The notes under the pieces: generated by a model
What the model saw: the letters and a program-made list of their open reading frames with translations, nothing else
Database searches by the model: none
What the model was told of the DNA's origin: nothing
Shown here: in pieces, positions 38,001 to 52,349 of the stretch
Layout: each line of letters opens with the position of its first letter
Position numbering within the stretch: the stretch's first letter is position 1
Made by a program: the position numbers and the translations under genes
Assembly (NCBI GenBank): GCA_951406725.2
Contig: OX597819.1
Coordinates: forward strand, 11,780,001 to 11,844,000
From: Octopus vulgaris
Lineage: Eukaryota
Direction of reading: 5' to 3'
DNA: 64,000 nt

Positions 38001-39738
38001 AGGAGTGGTGGCTGTGTGGTAAGAAGCTTGCTTCCCAACCACATGCTTCCGGGTTCAGCCTACCACATGACACTTTGGGAAAGTGTCTTCTACTATAGCC
38101 TTGGGTTGACTAAGGCCTTGTGAGTGGATTTGGTAGATGGAAACTGAAAGAAGCCCATAATGTATGTATTTGTATGTGTTTGTCCCCCACCACCACCACT
38201 CTCGCTTGACAACTAACATTGGTGTGTTTACGTCCCCATAACTTAGTGGTTTGGCAAAAGAGACCCGATAGAATAAGTACTAGGCTTACAAAGAATAAGT
38301 CCTGGGGTCGATTTGTTTGACTAAAGGTGGTGCTCCAGCATGGCTACAGTCAAATGACTGAAACAGCAAAAGAGACCCGATAGAATAAGTACTAGGCTTA
38401 CAAAGAATAAGTCCTGGGGTCAATTTGTTCGACTAAAGGTGGTGTTCCAGCATGGCTACAGTCAAATGACTGAAACAAGCAAAAGAGACCCGATAGAATA
38501 AGTACTAGGCTTACAAAGAATAAGTCCTGGGGTCGATTTGTTCGACTAAAGGTGGTGCTCCAGCATGGCTACAGTCAAATGACTGAAACAGCAAAAGAGA
38601 CCCGATAGAATAAGTACTAGGCTTACAAAGAATAAGTCCTGGGGTCGATTTGTTCGACTAAAGGTGGTGCTCCAGCATGGCTACAGTCAAATGACTGAAA
38701 CAGCAAAAGAGACCCGATAGAATAAGTACTAGGCTTACAAAGAATAAGTCCTGGGGTCGATTTGTTCGACTAAAGGTGGTGCTCCAGCATGGCTACAGTC
38801 AAATGACTGAAACAAGCAAAAGAGACCCGATAGAATAAGTACTAGGCTTACAAAGAATAAGTCCTGGGGTCAATTTGTTCGACTAAAGGTGGTGCTCCAG
38901 CATGGCTACAGTCAAATGACTGAAACAAGCAAAAGAGATCCGATAGAATAAGTACTAGGCTTACAAAGAATAAGTCCTGGGGTCGATTTGTTCGACTAAA
39001 GGTGGTGCTCCAGCATGGCTACAGTCAAATGACTGAAACAAGCAAAAGAGATCCGATAGAATAAGTACTAGGCTTACAAAGAATAAGTCCTGGGGTCGAT
39101 TTGTTCGACTAAAGGTGGTGTTCCAGCATGGCTACAGTCAAATGACTGAAACAAGCAAAAGAGACCCGATAGAATAAGTACTAGGCTTACAAAGAATAAG
39201 TCCTGGGGTCGATTTGTTCGACTAAAGGTGGTGCTCCAGCATGGCTACAGTCAAATGACTGAAACAAGCAAAAGAGATCCGATAGAATAAGTACTAGGCT
39301 TACAAAGAATAAGTCCTGGGGTCGATTTGTTCGACTAAAGGTGGTGTTCCAGCATGGCTACAGTCAAATGACTGAAACAAGCAAAAGAGACCCGATAGAA
39401 TAAGTACTAGGCTTACAAAGAATAAGTCCTGGGGTCGATTTGTTCGACTAAAGGTGGTGCTCCAGCATGGCTACAGTCAAATGACTGAAACAAGCAAAAG
39501 AGACCCGATAGAATAAGTACTAGGCTTACAAAGAATAAGTCCTGGGGTCGATGTGTTTGACTAAAGGTGGTGCTCCAGCATGGCTACAGTCAAATGACTG
39601 AAACAAGCAAAAGAGACCCGATAGAATAAGTACTAGGCTTACAAAGAATAAGTCCTGGGGTCGATTTGTTTGACTAAAGGTGGTGCTCCAGCATGGCTAC
39701 AGTCAAATGACTGAAACAAGTAAAAGAATTAAAGAATT
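38001..39738 (+). mobile_element. SINE A containing a 13-copy tandem amplification of its 3' 112-113 bp
   Basis: Units start at 38254, 38366, 38479, 38591, 38703, 38816, 38929, 39042, 39155, 39268, 39381, 39494 and 39607. Confidence 0.95.
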
Positions 39739-39989
39739 ACATCATGAAAGACATGGGAATAAATACCTTTAATGAAGCCCACTGTCCAATCTGACTGCGT
39801 AAAATACCTGTACACTGTAAATATACACTATAATACAGTAAATTGGACATTTTTAATTTAAAATCAGACTTACCGTGGATGGTGAAGTGATGTTATTGAT
39901 ATGCCATCATTTTCTCTGCTGCTTCCGAAATCCATTAAAGGGAGATCCATAGTACCAAGGTTTGAGTGTATATATATATATATATGTGC

Positions 39990-40368
39990 AGGCGCACTGG
40001 CCCAGTGGTTAGGGCTGCGGACTTGCGGTCATAGGATAACAGTTTCAATTCCCAGACCGGACGCAGTGAGTTTTTATTGAGCGAAAACACCTAAAGCTCC
40101 ACGAGTCTCCGGCAGGGGGTGGTGGCGAACCCTGCTGTACTCTTTCACCACAACTTTCTCTCACTCTTTCTTCCTGTTTCTGTTGTGCCTGCAATTCAAA
40201 AGGGCCAGCCTTGTCACATTCTATGTCACGCTGAATCTCCCCAGGAACTACGTGAAGGGTACACATGTCTGTGGAGTACTCAGCCACTTGCACGTTAATT
40301 TCATGAGCAGGCTGTTCTGTTGACTGGATCAACTGGAACCCTCGTCGTCGTAAGCGATGGAGTGCCAA
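39990..40368 (+). mobile_element. SINE family C
   Basis: Homologous to 22585-22972. Confidence 0.85.
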
Positions 40369-40789
40369 CAAATATATATACATGTATTTGTTATAGTGAA
40401 AGAAATCCAAGCAAATACCCATGAACTCGTGGAAGAGGGAGACCCAGCAAGACATGGGACAAAGTACTGATGGTTGATCTCCAGACACTGAACCTTACAA
40501 AGGACCAAGTTATCTGGTACCTTGCTTTACTCAAGGATGCAAAGGATTTAGCGGTACATATGTTTCTGGCTTTATTTTTAGGTTATCAAATCTGCCACAG
40601 CAGATTTGATAACCTAACCCCCCTTGGTTTATGCTTGTCTGTGAGGGACTCTCCCTCCCTCTCCACCCACCCCCACACACACATTGCATCCCCTAACACT
40701 TATCACCCCTCTATCATCTGAGAGCAGAATAGGTGCATACACTGTTATTTATGACATATTTCATCTCAGTTATGTTCGTATGAATAAAC

Positions 40790-41491
40790 GAGTCTAACTG
40801 AAGCACGTTTACTTCATGGTGCCACCATAATCGTTCGCGCATTTCTACTGCTATTTAGGGATTTTTTCCCCTGTTTTTCAGCTACTATTTTTGGAAAGAC
40901 TTGCTCCCGTCCCCACCACCCACCCATTTTCTCACAAATTATTGTTTTTGTTTTTATTTATTTTTTTTTTTTGCTAAAAACCCAGCCTTTCAGTTATGGA
41001 GATTCCAGAAAATTGCCAAAAATCAGAATTTTGAAATTTTTGGGCCCCCTTACCCCTCCCCCTCCAATTTCTTCATTTTTCACTTTTTTCCATAGCCATA
41101 ACCCTAAAACCCCAAACCTAACCCTAACCCTATCTCTAAAAAACCCTAACCCTAACTCTAAAACCCCTAACCCTAAAACCCTTAAAGCTAAAACCAGTAC
41201 AAATGCACGAACGATGTCATAAATAACAGTGACAAACGAAATATACACCGCCGATAGTTGTTGACAAACAACGGCAGTAATTTTATTCAGCTGAATATAC
41301 ATCATTGATTGGTTGAAGTTACTGAAATACGACAACTTTAACAAGAAATAACTTTGTAAATATAAGTTTTTCTCAAAAATACCAAGAGTAAAAGATGTTT
41401 TATATGACGCATTCTACCAGTGTCCGAAGTTTCAAAGTGTTTAGTTACAAATATTTAATTTCATGATCTGCCGTTCAAAGTGAAAAGAACC
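40790..41491. mobile_element. DNA-transposon relic related to the 3860-4662 MITE, with (CCCTAA)-like repeats
   Basis: The right terminus tgccgttcaaagtgaaaagaacc resembles tgccgttcaaaaggaaaagatcc, and ~200 bp of subterminal sequence is similar. The left end is unclear. Confidence 0.65.
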
Positions 41492-41746
41492 GATTCCTGC
41501 AGCTATCAACTTGCAATGGCTCAAAAGGAACATTAAACATTAATTGCTTTGATCTCATTAATTCTGTCAATACGACACAAAATACTGGGTGCCAATTTAA
41601 TGTACAATCTACCCAGCCATTTGCACTTTCAGTTCTACATTTAAGAGATGAGGAATTATGTACATTATTTACATTTGACGGAGTGCAGATATGAGTAGAA
41701 TATGGGAACCGGTATTAAGGAAGGGTAGGAAAATATTAGATATATA

Positions 41747-42142
41747 GGCGCAGGAGTGGCTGTGTGGTAAGTAGCTTGTTTACCAACCACATGGTTCCGG
41801 GTTCAGTCCCACTGCGTGACATCTTGGACAAATGTCTTCTACTATAGCCTCGGGCTGACCAAAGCCTTGTGAGTGGATTTGGTAGACGGAAACTGAAAGA
41901 AGCTCGTATATATGTATATATATATATGCGTGTGTGTGTCTGTGTTTGTCCCCCTAGCATTGCTTGACAACCAATGCTGGTGTGTTTATGTCCCCGTTAC
42001 TTAGCGGTTCAGCAAAAGAGACCGATAGAATAAGTACTGGGCTTACAAAAAGAATTAGTCCTGAGGTCGAGTTGCTCGATTAAAGGCGGTGCTCCAGCAT
42101 GGCCGCAGTCAAATGACTGAAACAAGTAAAAGAGTAAAGAGT
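41747..42142 (+). mobile_element. SINE A
   Basis: Full-length copy. Confidence 0.9.
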
Positions 42143-42353
42143 ATAAGTCCTAAAATTCACTCCATAATTGCCCACAGGCATATGGTGTAGTGGTTAAGAG
42201 CATGGGCTACTAACCCCACGATTATTAATAATAATAACAACATCGAAAAATACCTTAGGAATGAGAACCCAGGTTTGAACTGGAGGGTATATCAGCTAAA
42301 AGGTTGTGTTAACAACAAACAAGATGAGGACAAATATCCGTCAAGTGTATATA

Positions 42354-42577
42354 TGTTTCTTTACTACCCACAAGGGGCTAAACATAGAAGGGACAAACAA
42401 GGACAGACAAACGGATTAAGTCGATTGCATCGACCCCAGTGCGTAACTGGTACTTAATTTATCGACCCCGAAAGGATGAAAGGCAAAGTCGACCTCGGCG
42501 GAATTTGAACTCAGAACGTAACGGCAGACGAAATACGGCTACGCATTTCGCCCGGTGTGCTAACGGTTCTGCCAGCT
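42354..42577 (-). mobile_element. Young SINE B with 15-bp TSD
   Basis: TSD cgtcaagtgtatata (42339-42353 / 42578-42592); CpGs largely intact. Confidence 0.9.
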
Positions 42578-43234
42578 CGTCAAGTGTATATAAAGTGCAT
42601 GCAGCCTAACCCTAACCCTAATCCTAATCCAGATCGGGTCATTTCACAGCATAGGTTACAAATACTGCTGTAGACCATTATCTAAAGTAGCACTAAATAA
42701 TGTCTACTCTTTTAAGTGAGACGGTTGCTATGACGTCCTCATTACTGACAGCCATCATCATTATAATCATTAATGTCACCCTTATTGCTGTAATCATTAT
42801 AATTATAATTATCATTAACTTCATTACCATCATCATCATCATCATCATCAGTTACATTCCTTCTTTCTCAAACTTGGTTGAAGTCCAGTGTCCTCTCTGT
42901 CTGTGCCAAATGTAGGACCCTCCACCATTCTCATTTATCTTCAGATGTCAATTAACAGGAAGCAAATGAGAATCTTTGGCTGGGGGGGGGTGCAGGAAAA
43001 GGAGCAAGAGGTTCTTACTTGAGACATTGGTACAGTGCAGTGATTGAAGAACTACATTCCTCTAAGCATTGAAATCAACCCCAGAATTCTACTTCAACAC
43101 TTCCAGAACACTTGTACAACACTTACCAGTCAGTCTAATCACATCTACAACACCACCCTATAAACACCCCACCTTCAAACACCACCCTAATAACACTCGG
43201 CTCTTTCTAATTAGTCCAGACAAACATGTGAATG

Positions 43235-43420
43235 AGGATCTCTATAGCTGTTGCTCAACCTGCTAAAAATAGCAGCCAGATATCCCTCAAATCACTCCTG
43301 CCTGGCAAAGGTGTTCTAGAATATACTACACCTGAAAAAATAGATGGGATGTTCACAGCTGGAATGTCTTTGATTATAGATCTGCTAGATCAGGGCTGAC
43401 CTGGAGCTAAGTAACAACTA
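43235..43420 (+). mobile_element. Old interspersed repeat (cctgctagaaatagcagccaaat...gatcagggctgacctgggg...aacaac)
   Basis: Diverged copies at ~5030-5210(-), 6460-6630, 15180-15370, 27085-27220(-), 43766-43945(-), 45250-45380(-) and 57232-57440. Confidence 0.65.
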
Positions 43421-43996
43421 CACAGCCACAAACAGTGCTTTACCTTAAGGTACATTTTGTGTGAATAAGATGCAAAGGGCATCTTTGATCATAGGCCTGC
43501 CTAATCAGAGCTAGCCTGGGGTTAAACAACAAAACTAGGTGAAGTAGTCGGGGGAATTAAGTACCATCAGAGAGTAAATTGAGGGTGACAGCCATGAGTG
43601 GAGAAATCCAGTGAAATATCTGGAAGTCATTCAGGTGAAACAGTGTTAACAAAGGGAGTTGGTTAATAAGGGAAGGTCTGATTGGTCACAGTTGGATTGT
43701 CAGAGGAATTAGTACTTGTAGTGGTGGTGTACTGTAATGGTTATAGGTAGTGATGATGGAGATGGTTGTTTAGCCCGAGGTCAGTCCTGAGTCAACACAC
43801 TTATGATCAAAAGCGTTCCACCCATGACCATTCCATCTTTCTCCCATGTGCAGAGAACACAGAATTACATTATCTGTATCCTTCTTCAAGACAATGGAGT
43901 GTGATATGGGCAAGTTTTGGCTGCTGCTATTTCTAACAGGTGACGCAACCACTTGGACATTCTGTCATTGGTTTGTCATTGCAGTGCTGGGTGTGT

Positions 43997-44031
<35 letters not shown>

Positions 44032-44834
44032 TGCAATGATGAATTTGTACGTGTTCTTTGGTGGTTGTGTGTGTATATGTGTGCGTGTGTGTGTGTGATG
44101 CAGAGAGGAATTTGCGTATATTATTGTGGTAGTGGTGGTGGTGGTGGTGGTGGTGTGTGTGTGGTAGTTGTGGTAGTGTGTGCATATAACAATGAGATGA
44201 CATCTCTTATTCTCCTTCTGGTGGAACTTGATGTCTGTGTTTTTGCCGTGTGTGTGTGTGTGTGTGTGTGTGTCAGGTGCGTAATTAGCAAAATCGTGTC
44301 ATTTATTCAATCTTGTTCCTTGTACTCTGTACTCTGAAATCAAATCCTGCTAAGGTCACAAGGCCAAGCCTGTTCTCTATTCTTCCCAGTTCAGTACTGG
44401 GGTCAATTCTGCCACCACCACCACCACCACCATCCCTTCTCCCTCTTTCCCTCTCCCTTATAATCCATAATATGATAATCTAGTCTTTCCACATCATCAT
44501 CATCATCATCATCAACACCCTGGACATTACTGTCTCAACTCTTTGGCCTCATGGGAACCAGTCACCCAGTTTTCATAGCATCATAAGTGACCGAGGTCAC
44601 AGCAGTCCCCTCGAAGGGGAGGTCAGTTTGTTGCAGGGTGATTCATTGACAGCTGAGTGGACTGGGGCAACATACACGATGAAGTGTTCAGTGCAGGAAT
44701 TGAAGCCACAATGTTGCAGTCATGGACGCAACACCCTAACCACTGGGCCACATGGTGACATGTCAGTTCTGTCAGAGGGTTATCCTCTGTCTGAGGCCAC
44801 ACATGTCTGTGGTATATTCGGTCTCTTGCACTAA

Positions 44835-45055
44835 CCCTTTCGTTACCAACCCGGCTGAAACCGGCTCTGGCTCTTTAGTACAAATGTCTGGTTTTCAAAA
44901 GTTCTGAATTAAAACCTTCCACAAAACCTTAGTCACAATTTATGTCCCTAACTCTAGCTTAATGATAACGATGTTATTTTACTTAATTCTTTGTTATATT
45001 TAACATAATTGGAAGAAACACTGAGCATCTCAAAATAAATTCAGTAACGAAAGGG
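44835..45055 (+). mobile_element. piggyBac-type MITE
   Basis: Perfect TIR ccctttcgttac / gtaacgaaaggg; flanks CTAA and TTAA. Confidence 0.85.
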
Positions 45056-45834
45056 TTAATTGCAGGAGAGAGATTCACTTGGTCCAAACAATTGAATGGT
45101 CACCATCAACACCAATGGACAGAGACTTTGTCATGTGTCGGATGTACTTATGGTTGTGTGTGTGTATAGTGATGACAGTATATGCTATGGTTCTGTACTC
45201 TATGGGACAGAGGGTTGTGTAAATAAGTTAGTTCTGGCAGAACAGTGATTTATGATCAAAGACAGTCCAGCCATGACGATCTCATGAAACATGTTAACCA
45301 ATGTCTCCTTCAGTGTGTGATTTGAAGAATATTTAGTTGCTATTTTTAGCAGATCAAGCGATGATATAGAGGCTCCCTTTGTTGGCTCTTGTAGTATGTA
45401 GGGGGTTAGAGGGAAGCAGGTGGGGAGCAGAGATAGTTGGGGGGTGGACCGTGATGGTGGTGGTGGTGGTGGTAAGTCTTTGTGAGGTTAGTATGTGATG
45501 GTAGATTTAGTGGTGATGACAGTGTGAGGTGGTGGCAGTGTTGATGTGGTGTAATGGCAATGATATACGATAGAAGCTGATGGTGGTGGTGGTGGTAATG
45601 GTTCAAGGTCAGCCATGGGTTCTCCCTGACTGCCCCCCCCCCACACCTGGGTTTTGTTATGACATAGTGCAGAGGTGGAGGCTATATGGAGGAGACAGGC
45701 AATAGTATAGGGAAGGAATTTGGGTCAGGTTTGCTGTGGTGGTGGTGGTGGTGGTGGTCATGGCGGTGGCTTGTAGAGGTGTGTGATGTTTACAGCTTGC
45801 TGCTGAAAATGTCACTGAGTGTAAAACTGGTACT

Positions 45835-46922
<1,088 letters not shown>

Positions 46923-47302
46923 GGGTGGGGAGCATGAGATAATTATGATCTCTTTACGACCAATAAGTGCAGTCAGTTCTCAGTTGAGATATTTTAGGTT
47001 TGTAATCCTATTAAAGATGAAGGTTACATGGAGACACTGTGTAATCGCCTCCACCGCCGCCACACTGCCATCAGTCTCCACACCCCCAACTCCCTCCCAC
47101 ACCATATCTGGCAGATAGGTGGACAAGGCACCACACCACCTCCACCATCTGTTGTGTGAGTGTGGAAAATTTTCTTAGAATCGCCTCTCACTGCTGCTGG
47201 TTGTTGTTCTTGTTGTTGTAATTTAGCCCCAGGTCAGTCCCTGATCCAACATATGTTATTGGTTTGTGGTGTTATGTGTGTGTGTGATGACTGTCCTGTT
47301 TT

Positions 47303-48010
47303 ATTCCACTGAGGATGCCTTTGCCTTTCATCCTTTCGGGGTCGATCTAATCGACTGCCACCCCCTCCCCCAAAATTCTGGGCCTTGTGCCTTGAGTAGA
47401 AAAGATTTTGTTAAAAGTGGCAAGCTGGTAGAACTGTTAGCATATCAGACAAAGGTGCAGCTATTAGTGCCATAGCTTTTGCCATTGTCACTTGAGAGAA
47501 CTTCTCCCAATATATCTTGAAGAGTTTGTTGTACTACTTGACATTTAATTCTATTCCTTTCATAAGCAGAGATATATATTCTTTTTCTTTGCTCTTTTCT
47601 GGATTAGCTCCTGTAGCAATGAAATGCTGTTTGGGCTTATAAAATTTTCTCACTTGCATTGTAACTCCAGACTTCATTATCCCATCATAAGAACAAAATT
47701 AAAACTCTAATTAAGTGATTAGAGGGTTTATTTCACTGCTAATGCTTGTGGGTTAGCAATCCTTTTGGGAGCTGTGATGGGTTTGATTTCACCTTAAAAT
47801 GTTAGGAAAACTTTTTGTCTTTCTGAATGAACATTATCATTATCATTGTCATCAGTTTTCTATGCTGGATGGCTTGACCGGAACTGGCAAGGCCAAGGGT
47901 CAGCCTTGGTTCCATTGTCTGTTTTCGCTTGGTTTCTACAACTGGGTTCCCTTCCTGATGCCAACCACTTCACAGAATGTATTGAATGCTGTTTCAAATT
48001 TTGGCATAGT
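47303..48010. repeat. Block of local duplications
   Basis: 47303-47453 is the reverse complement of 48148-48298; 47451-47660 matches 49865-50074; 47761-48010 resembles 53850-54117. Confidence 0.85.
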
Positions 48011-48864
48011 ACCAGCAGTTTTTGAGGGAAGGGGAAGGCCAATTACATCAACACCAGTGGTCAGCTGGTACTTATTTTATTGGCTGTTTAAGGATGAAGG
48101 CAAAGCTGAGCTCAGAACGTAAAGATGGATAAAATGTCTCTTGGCATTTTGTCTGATATGCTAACAGTTCTACCAGCTTGCCACTTTTAACAAAATCTTT
48201 TCTACTCTAGGCACAAGGCCCAGAATTTTGGGGGAGGGGGCGGCAGTCGATTAGATCGATCCCGAAAGGATGAAAGACAAAGGCATCCTCAGTGGAATTT
48301 GAACTCAGAATGTAAAGACAGACAAAATAAAAGGCAAAGTATTCTTTTCTATTCTAGGCATAAGGCCTGAAATTTTGTGGGAGGAAGGGGGCCAGTCGAT
48401 TAGATCGACCCCAGTAGACATCTGGTACTTAATTTATTGACCCAGAAAGGATGAAAGATAAAGTCAACTTCAGTGGAATTTGAACTCAGAACATAAAGAT
48501 AAGTGAAATACCTCTAAGCATTTTGTCCAGTGTGCTAATGATTCTGTCAGTTTGCCACCTTAATTATAATAATAATTACCATCATCTTTATTAGTAACAA
48601 AAGCTCAAGGAGATCTATAATGTTCATGGGAGATTATAAAGAAAGAAAAGGAAAATGTGGTGTGATAATGCAAAAATGAAGGTAGGCGTGCGAAACCTGC
48701 AATATATGGAAAGATGTATTAAGAATTTTAAAGGTAGGCATACATGTGCACACACACACACACACATTCCTGAAATTTTGTGTAAGTGCAGCCAAATGCC
48801 CCAATGAGCATTTTTTGAGACATTTGGTGTTGAAAAATAAGTTTGGTGTAATGCTTAATTTTAA

Positions 48865-49084
48865 CCCTTTCATTACTGTATTTATTTTGAGATGCTCTAT
48901 GTTTCTTTCAATTATTTTAAATACAACAAAGAATTTAGTAAAAGAACTTAGTTATCATTCAGCTGGTGTTAGGAACATAAATTGTGACTAAGGTTTGGTG
49001 GAAGGTTTTAATTCAAAACTTACGAAAACAAGACATTTTACTACAGAGCCAGAGCCGGTTTTGGCCGGGTTAGTAACAAAAGGG
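48865..49084 (-). mobile_element. piggyBac-type MITE
   Basis: Antisense copy with TTAA flanks. Confidence 0.85.
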
Positions 49085-49149
49085 TTAATTCTACCAATAA
49101 TCTACCTTTCACATGTTGTTTGTATTCTGGTCATACTTTAGAAAAGCCC

Positions 49150-50080
49150 ATGGCACTACAGATGAATAATTTTGTCTATTAATAATTCGTTTGATTTTTG
49201 AAAGCCACTGAATTCATCTTCATTCTCTTAATTTTCTTTTTTTATTTTCCTGAGGCAGTATTTTTTTGTTGTCATTGTTTGAAAGAATCTGTTCCTCATC
49301 ACTTGTTTTTCTTGTCCTGCATTGAGTCTTCTTTTTCTCTGTTTTCATCAACCATCTGTCATTATTTTTTCCCTTCGTTACATAATGAAGGTGTGATACT
49401 ATTGGTTGGAACTGTTATGGAACAGGTTGTTTGTTCATCTATTTCTGATAGTCAGCATAGAAATATTTCTAATTTGCTTAGCCTTTCCAATACTTCTCTG
49501 CTTTCAACTCTAAGGAGATTTTCACTCTTAACAAATCTGACGGTTAGGCTTTCTACTCTGTATCATTAATTCCATGCCCTTTGTCTAGGTGCCTTCTACT
49601 GTACACAGTTCCAGCGTGGCTCTGTGGCCTCTGAATTATGACTTACTAACCCATTTTGGCCCTCCCTGACCACATGTCACTTTTCATTAATCCTTCTTTG
49701 ACCTCTCTCCCAAAAGTCACTACTTAAGAGATGAATCTATGTCATTTTTTGATGTCTCTTACTGCCACTCTTGTATCTCTTTGACCCATGTACTAGGGTA
49801 CAAATATATTGCCAGAGATATGTCTGACAATTCCAGCCAGTGTATTACTTGTATCTTCAGTTTTAAAGGTGCAGCTATTAGTGCCATAGCTTTTGCCATT
49901 CTCACTTGAGAGAACTTCTCCCAATATATCTTGAAGAGTTTGTTCTACTACTTGACATTTAATTCTATTCCTTTCATAAGCAGAGATATATATTCTTTTT
50001 CTTTGCTCTTTTCTGGATTAGCTCCTGTCGCAAGGAAATGCTGTTTGGGCTTATAAAATTTTCTCACTTGCATTTTTTTT
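49150..50080 (-). mobile_element. Probable decayed L1/Tx1-like ORF1 fragment
   Basis: The minus strand is purine-rich with interrupted reading, e.g. NGKSYGTNSCTFKTEDTSNTLAGIVRHISGNIFVP*YMGQRDTRVAVRDIK, then a degenerate CxxC...GH-like stretch and a K/E-rich tail. Confidence 0.4.
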
Positions 50081-50623
50081 CATGTAACCTTAGTACATCT
50101 AAAAAGTTCTATATGTTCAGTTCATATTAAGGGAAGGTTTGCCTTCACACAACAACTGCTGTGTGAACAGACCCTCATTATTTGAAACCAAGAATCACTG
50201 ATACTATTTTTGTTGTTGTTGTTGTCATCGCCACCATCATCGTCGTGTCCTAAATTACTTATTTGAGAATTTGGCACTTTTTCTCCAGTTAATTGTTCAC
50301 TAAAACTGGGTTTTCATTTTCCTCTTGTACACTCAGTTGTGTGTTTTGATTTGTTTTTGTTTTTGTTTTTTGCCATTGCAGTGTTTAGTCTTGTGTGGTG
50401 ACCATTTTCGATGTGAAAATGAAATGTATGCGAATAAAAGTTTAAAAGTTTTATGAAACAAACCTCATGTTAGGTTGTCTCACTCCACATATTGAGAGCA
50501 GACCTTCCCGAGGAGGTTATTTTCATCTTTACAAATACTTCAATGAAAATTTCATTTGATAAGATTTGAATTGATCAGTTTTCAAAGAGGGAAGCAAGAT
50601 AGCTTCTTCACACTATGAAAGTC

Positions 50624-50659
<36 letters not shown>

Positions 50660-51175
50660 CAGGCAATAGCTCTCATGGCTTCTGATCTTAACTGATTGGA
50701 AGTGTTATCATGTACATTGTTTTTTGTCTTGGTATAAAAGATGGACTACAGCAAATATTCTGTTCAATACCACAGATTTGCTTGTCACTTGAGCATGTCC
50801 TTGGTGGCTGAAGATATGTGCCTCTCTGATCACGAGCAGAAGTAGTTGGGGAGCATCATAGCCATATGTTGAGAGGAATTCTTTGGGGTTGGAATAATTC
50901 ACCTTTGGAAACATACGTGTTTCATTCAACATTCTTAAACAAGCCTTATTCAGGGACATTTTGAGCAGGATGTGCTACTCAACCTGAAGAAAATTCTAAC
51001 TGGGCCCCACCTGCAAGGTCATGTGCTGTTAATCTTGATATGAGATCACCATGTCGCACACATATGATTGTGATGCATGTGCTTGGTGTACCCTTATCAG
51101 ACGGGTAGCCATCAGGGGTATACTGGGCTTCATATATTTTACCCCAGTGTCATTTTGATGGCATGCACTGCTCAA
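50660..51175 (+). mobile_element. Probable LINE 3' fragment between (AAT)n tracts, family not identified
   Basis: Complex ~510-bp sequence bounded on both sides by (AAT)n; single copy in this window. Confidence 0.35.
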
Positions 51176-51466
51176 TAATAATAATAATAAAAGGTGGCGA
51201 GCTGGCAGAAACGTTAGCATGCCAAGCAAAATGCTTAGCGGTATTTCGTCTGCCACTACGTTCTGAGTTCAAATTCCACCGAGACTGACTTAACCTTTCA
51301 TCCTTTCGGGGTTGATTAAATAAGTACCAGTTATGTACTGGGGTGAATGTAATCAACTTAATCCCTTTGTCCTTGTTTGTCCCCTCTGTGTTTAGCCCCC
51401 TGTGGGCAATAAACAGATAAATAATAATAATAATAATTATTATTATTATTATTATCATTATTATTA

Positions 51467-51513
<47 letters not shown>

Positions 51514-51514
<1 letters not shown>

Positions 51515-51850
51515 GGCGCAGAGTGGCTGTGTGGTAGTACTGCTAACCAGCCACATGGTTCCAGGTTCAGTCCCACTGCGTGGCATCTTGGGCAAGTGTC
51601 TTCTGCTATAGCCCTGGGCTGACCAATGCCTTGTGAGTGGATTTGGTAGACGAAACTGAAAGAAGCCTGTCGTATATATGTATATATATATAAGTGTGTG
51701 TGTATATGTTTGTGTGTCTGTGTTTGTCCCCCTAGTATTGCTTGACAACCAATGCTGGTGTGTTTTCGTCCCGTCATTAGCGGTTCGGCAAAAGAGACCG
51801 ATAGAATAAGTATTATTATTATTATCAGCATGCCGCAGTCAAATGACTAA
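51514..51850 (+). mobile_element. SINE A with part of the tail replaced by (TAT)n
   Basis: A head and body; gaataagtattattattattatcagcatgcc shows an internal deletion with microsatellite fill. Confidence 0.85.
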
Positions 51851-51855
51851 TCATA

Positions 51856-51900
<45 letters not shown>

Positions 51901-51975
51901 CATTATTATTATTATTAATTATTATTATTATTATTTCTACTATAGGCACAAGGCCAAAATATAATAATATTAATA

Positions 51976-52110
51976 ATAACTGTTCTTGTGGTAATTGGTG
52001 CATTTGGTATAATGCCCAAACTACTTGCTGAGAAATTAAAGAATACAGAAAAAATGCTGTTTTGTTTTCCACAAGAATCCTAAGAAATATTCTTGATATT
52101 TCAGAATACT
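51976..52110 (+). mobile_element. C-terminus of an R4/Dong-like RLE LINE
   Basis: ITVLVVIGAFGIMPKLLAEKLK..IQKNAVLFSTRILRNILDI with frameshifts, next to (TAA)n, which is the known Dong target type. Confidence 0.7.
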
Positions 52111-52349
52111 TGTTGCCATCAGATCTCAGTCTAACATCTCTGCTAATTAGTTTAACACGTATTACCTTTCTCTAGATGTGGTTAGGATGTCTATGTTCAT
52201 GACCCCATAGAAGCACAGTCCCAGAGAGTGAGCAATGCCTTTGTAGGACACCCCCTCCCCCACATGAGACTTGTTGAGTGTCAGCATTCATTTGACCCTT
52301 TTGCAGTCAGACTACTCTGTCAAATGTAATGCTCATTTATTCTTTTGTC

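Noticed and set aside
38254-39719. CRISPR-like appearance of the regular array
   Set aside because: Units are wholly repeated with no unique spacers, derive from a SINE tail, and the context is eukaryotic with no cas genes.
41100-41190. (CCCTAA)n as a telomere or fusion site (also 4157-4197, 42605-42630)
   Set aside because: Short, degenerate and mostly internal to transposon relics.
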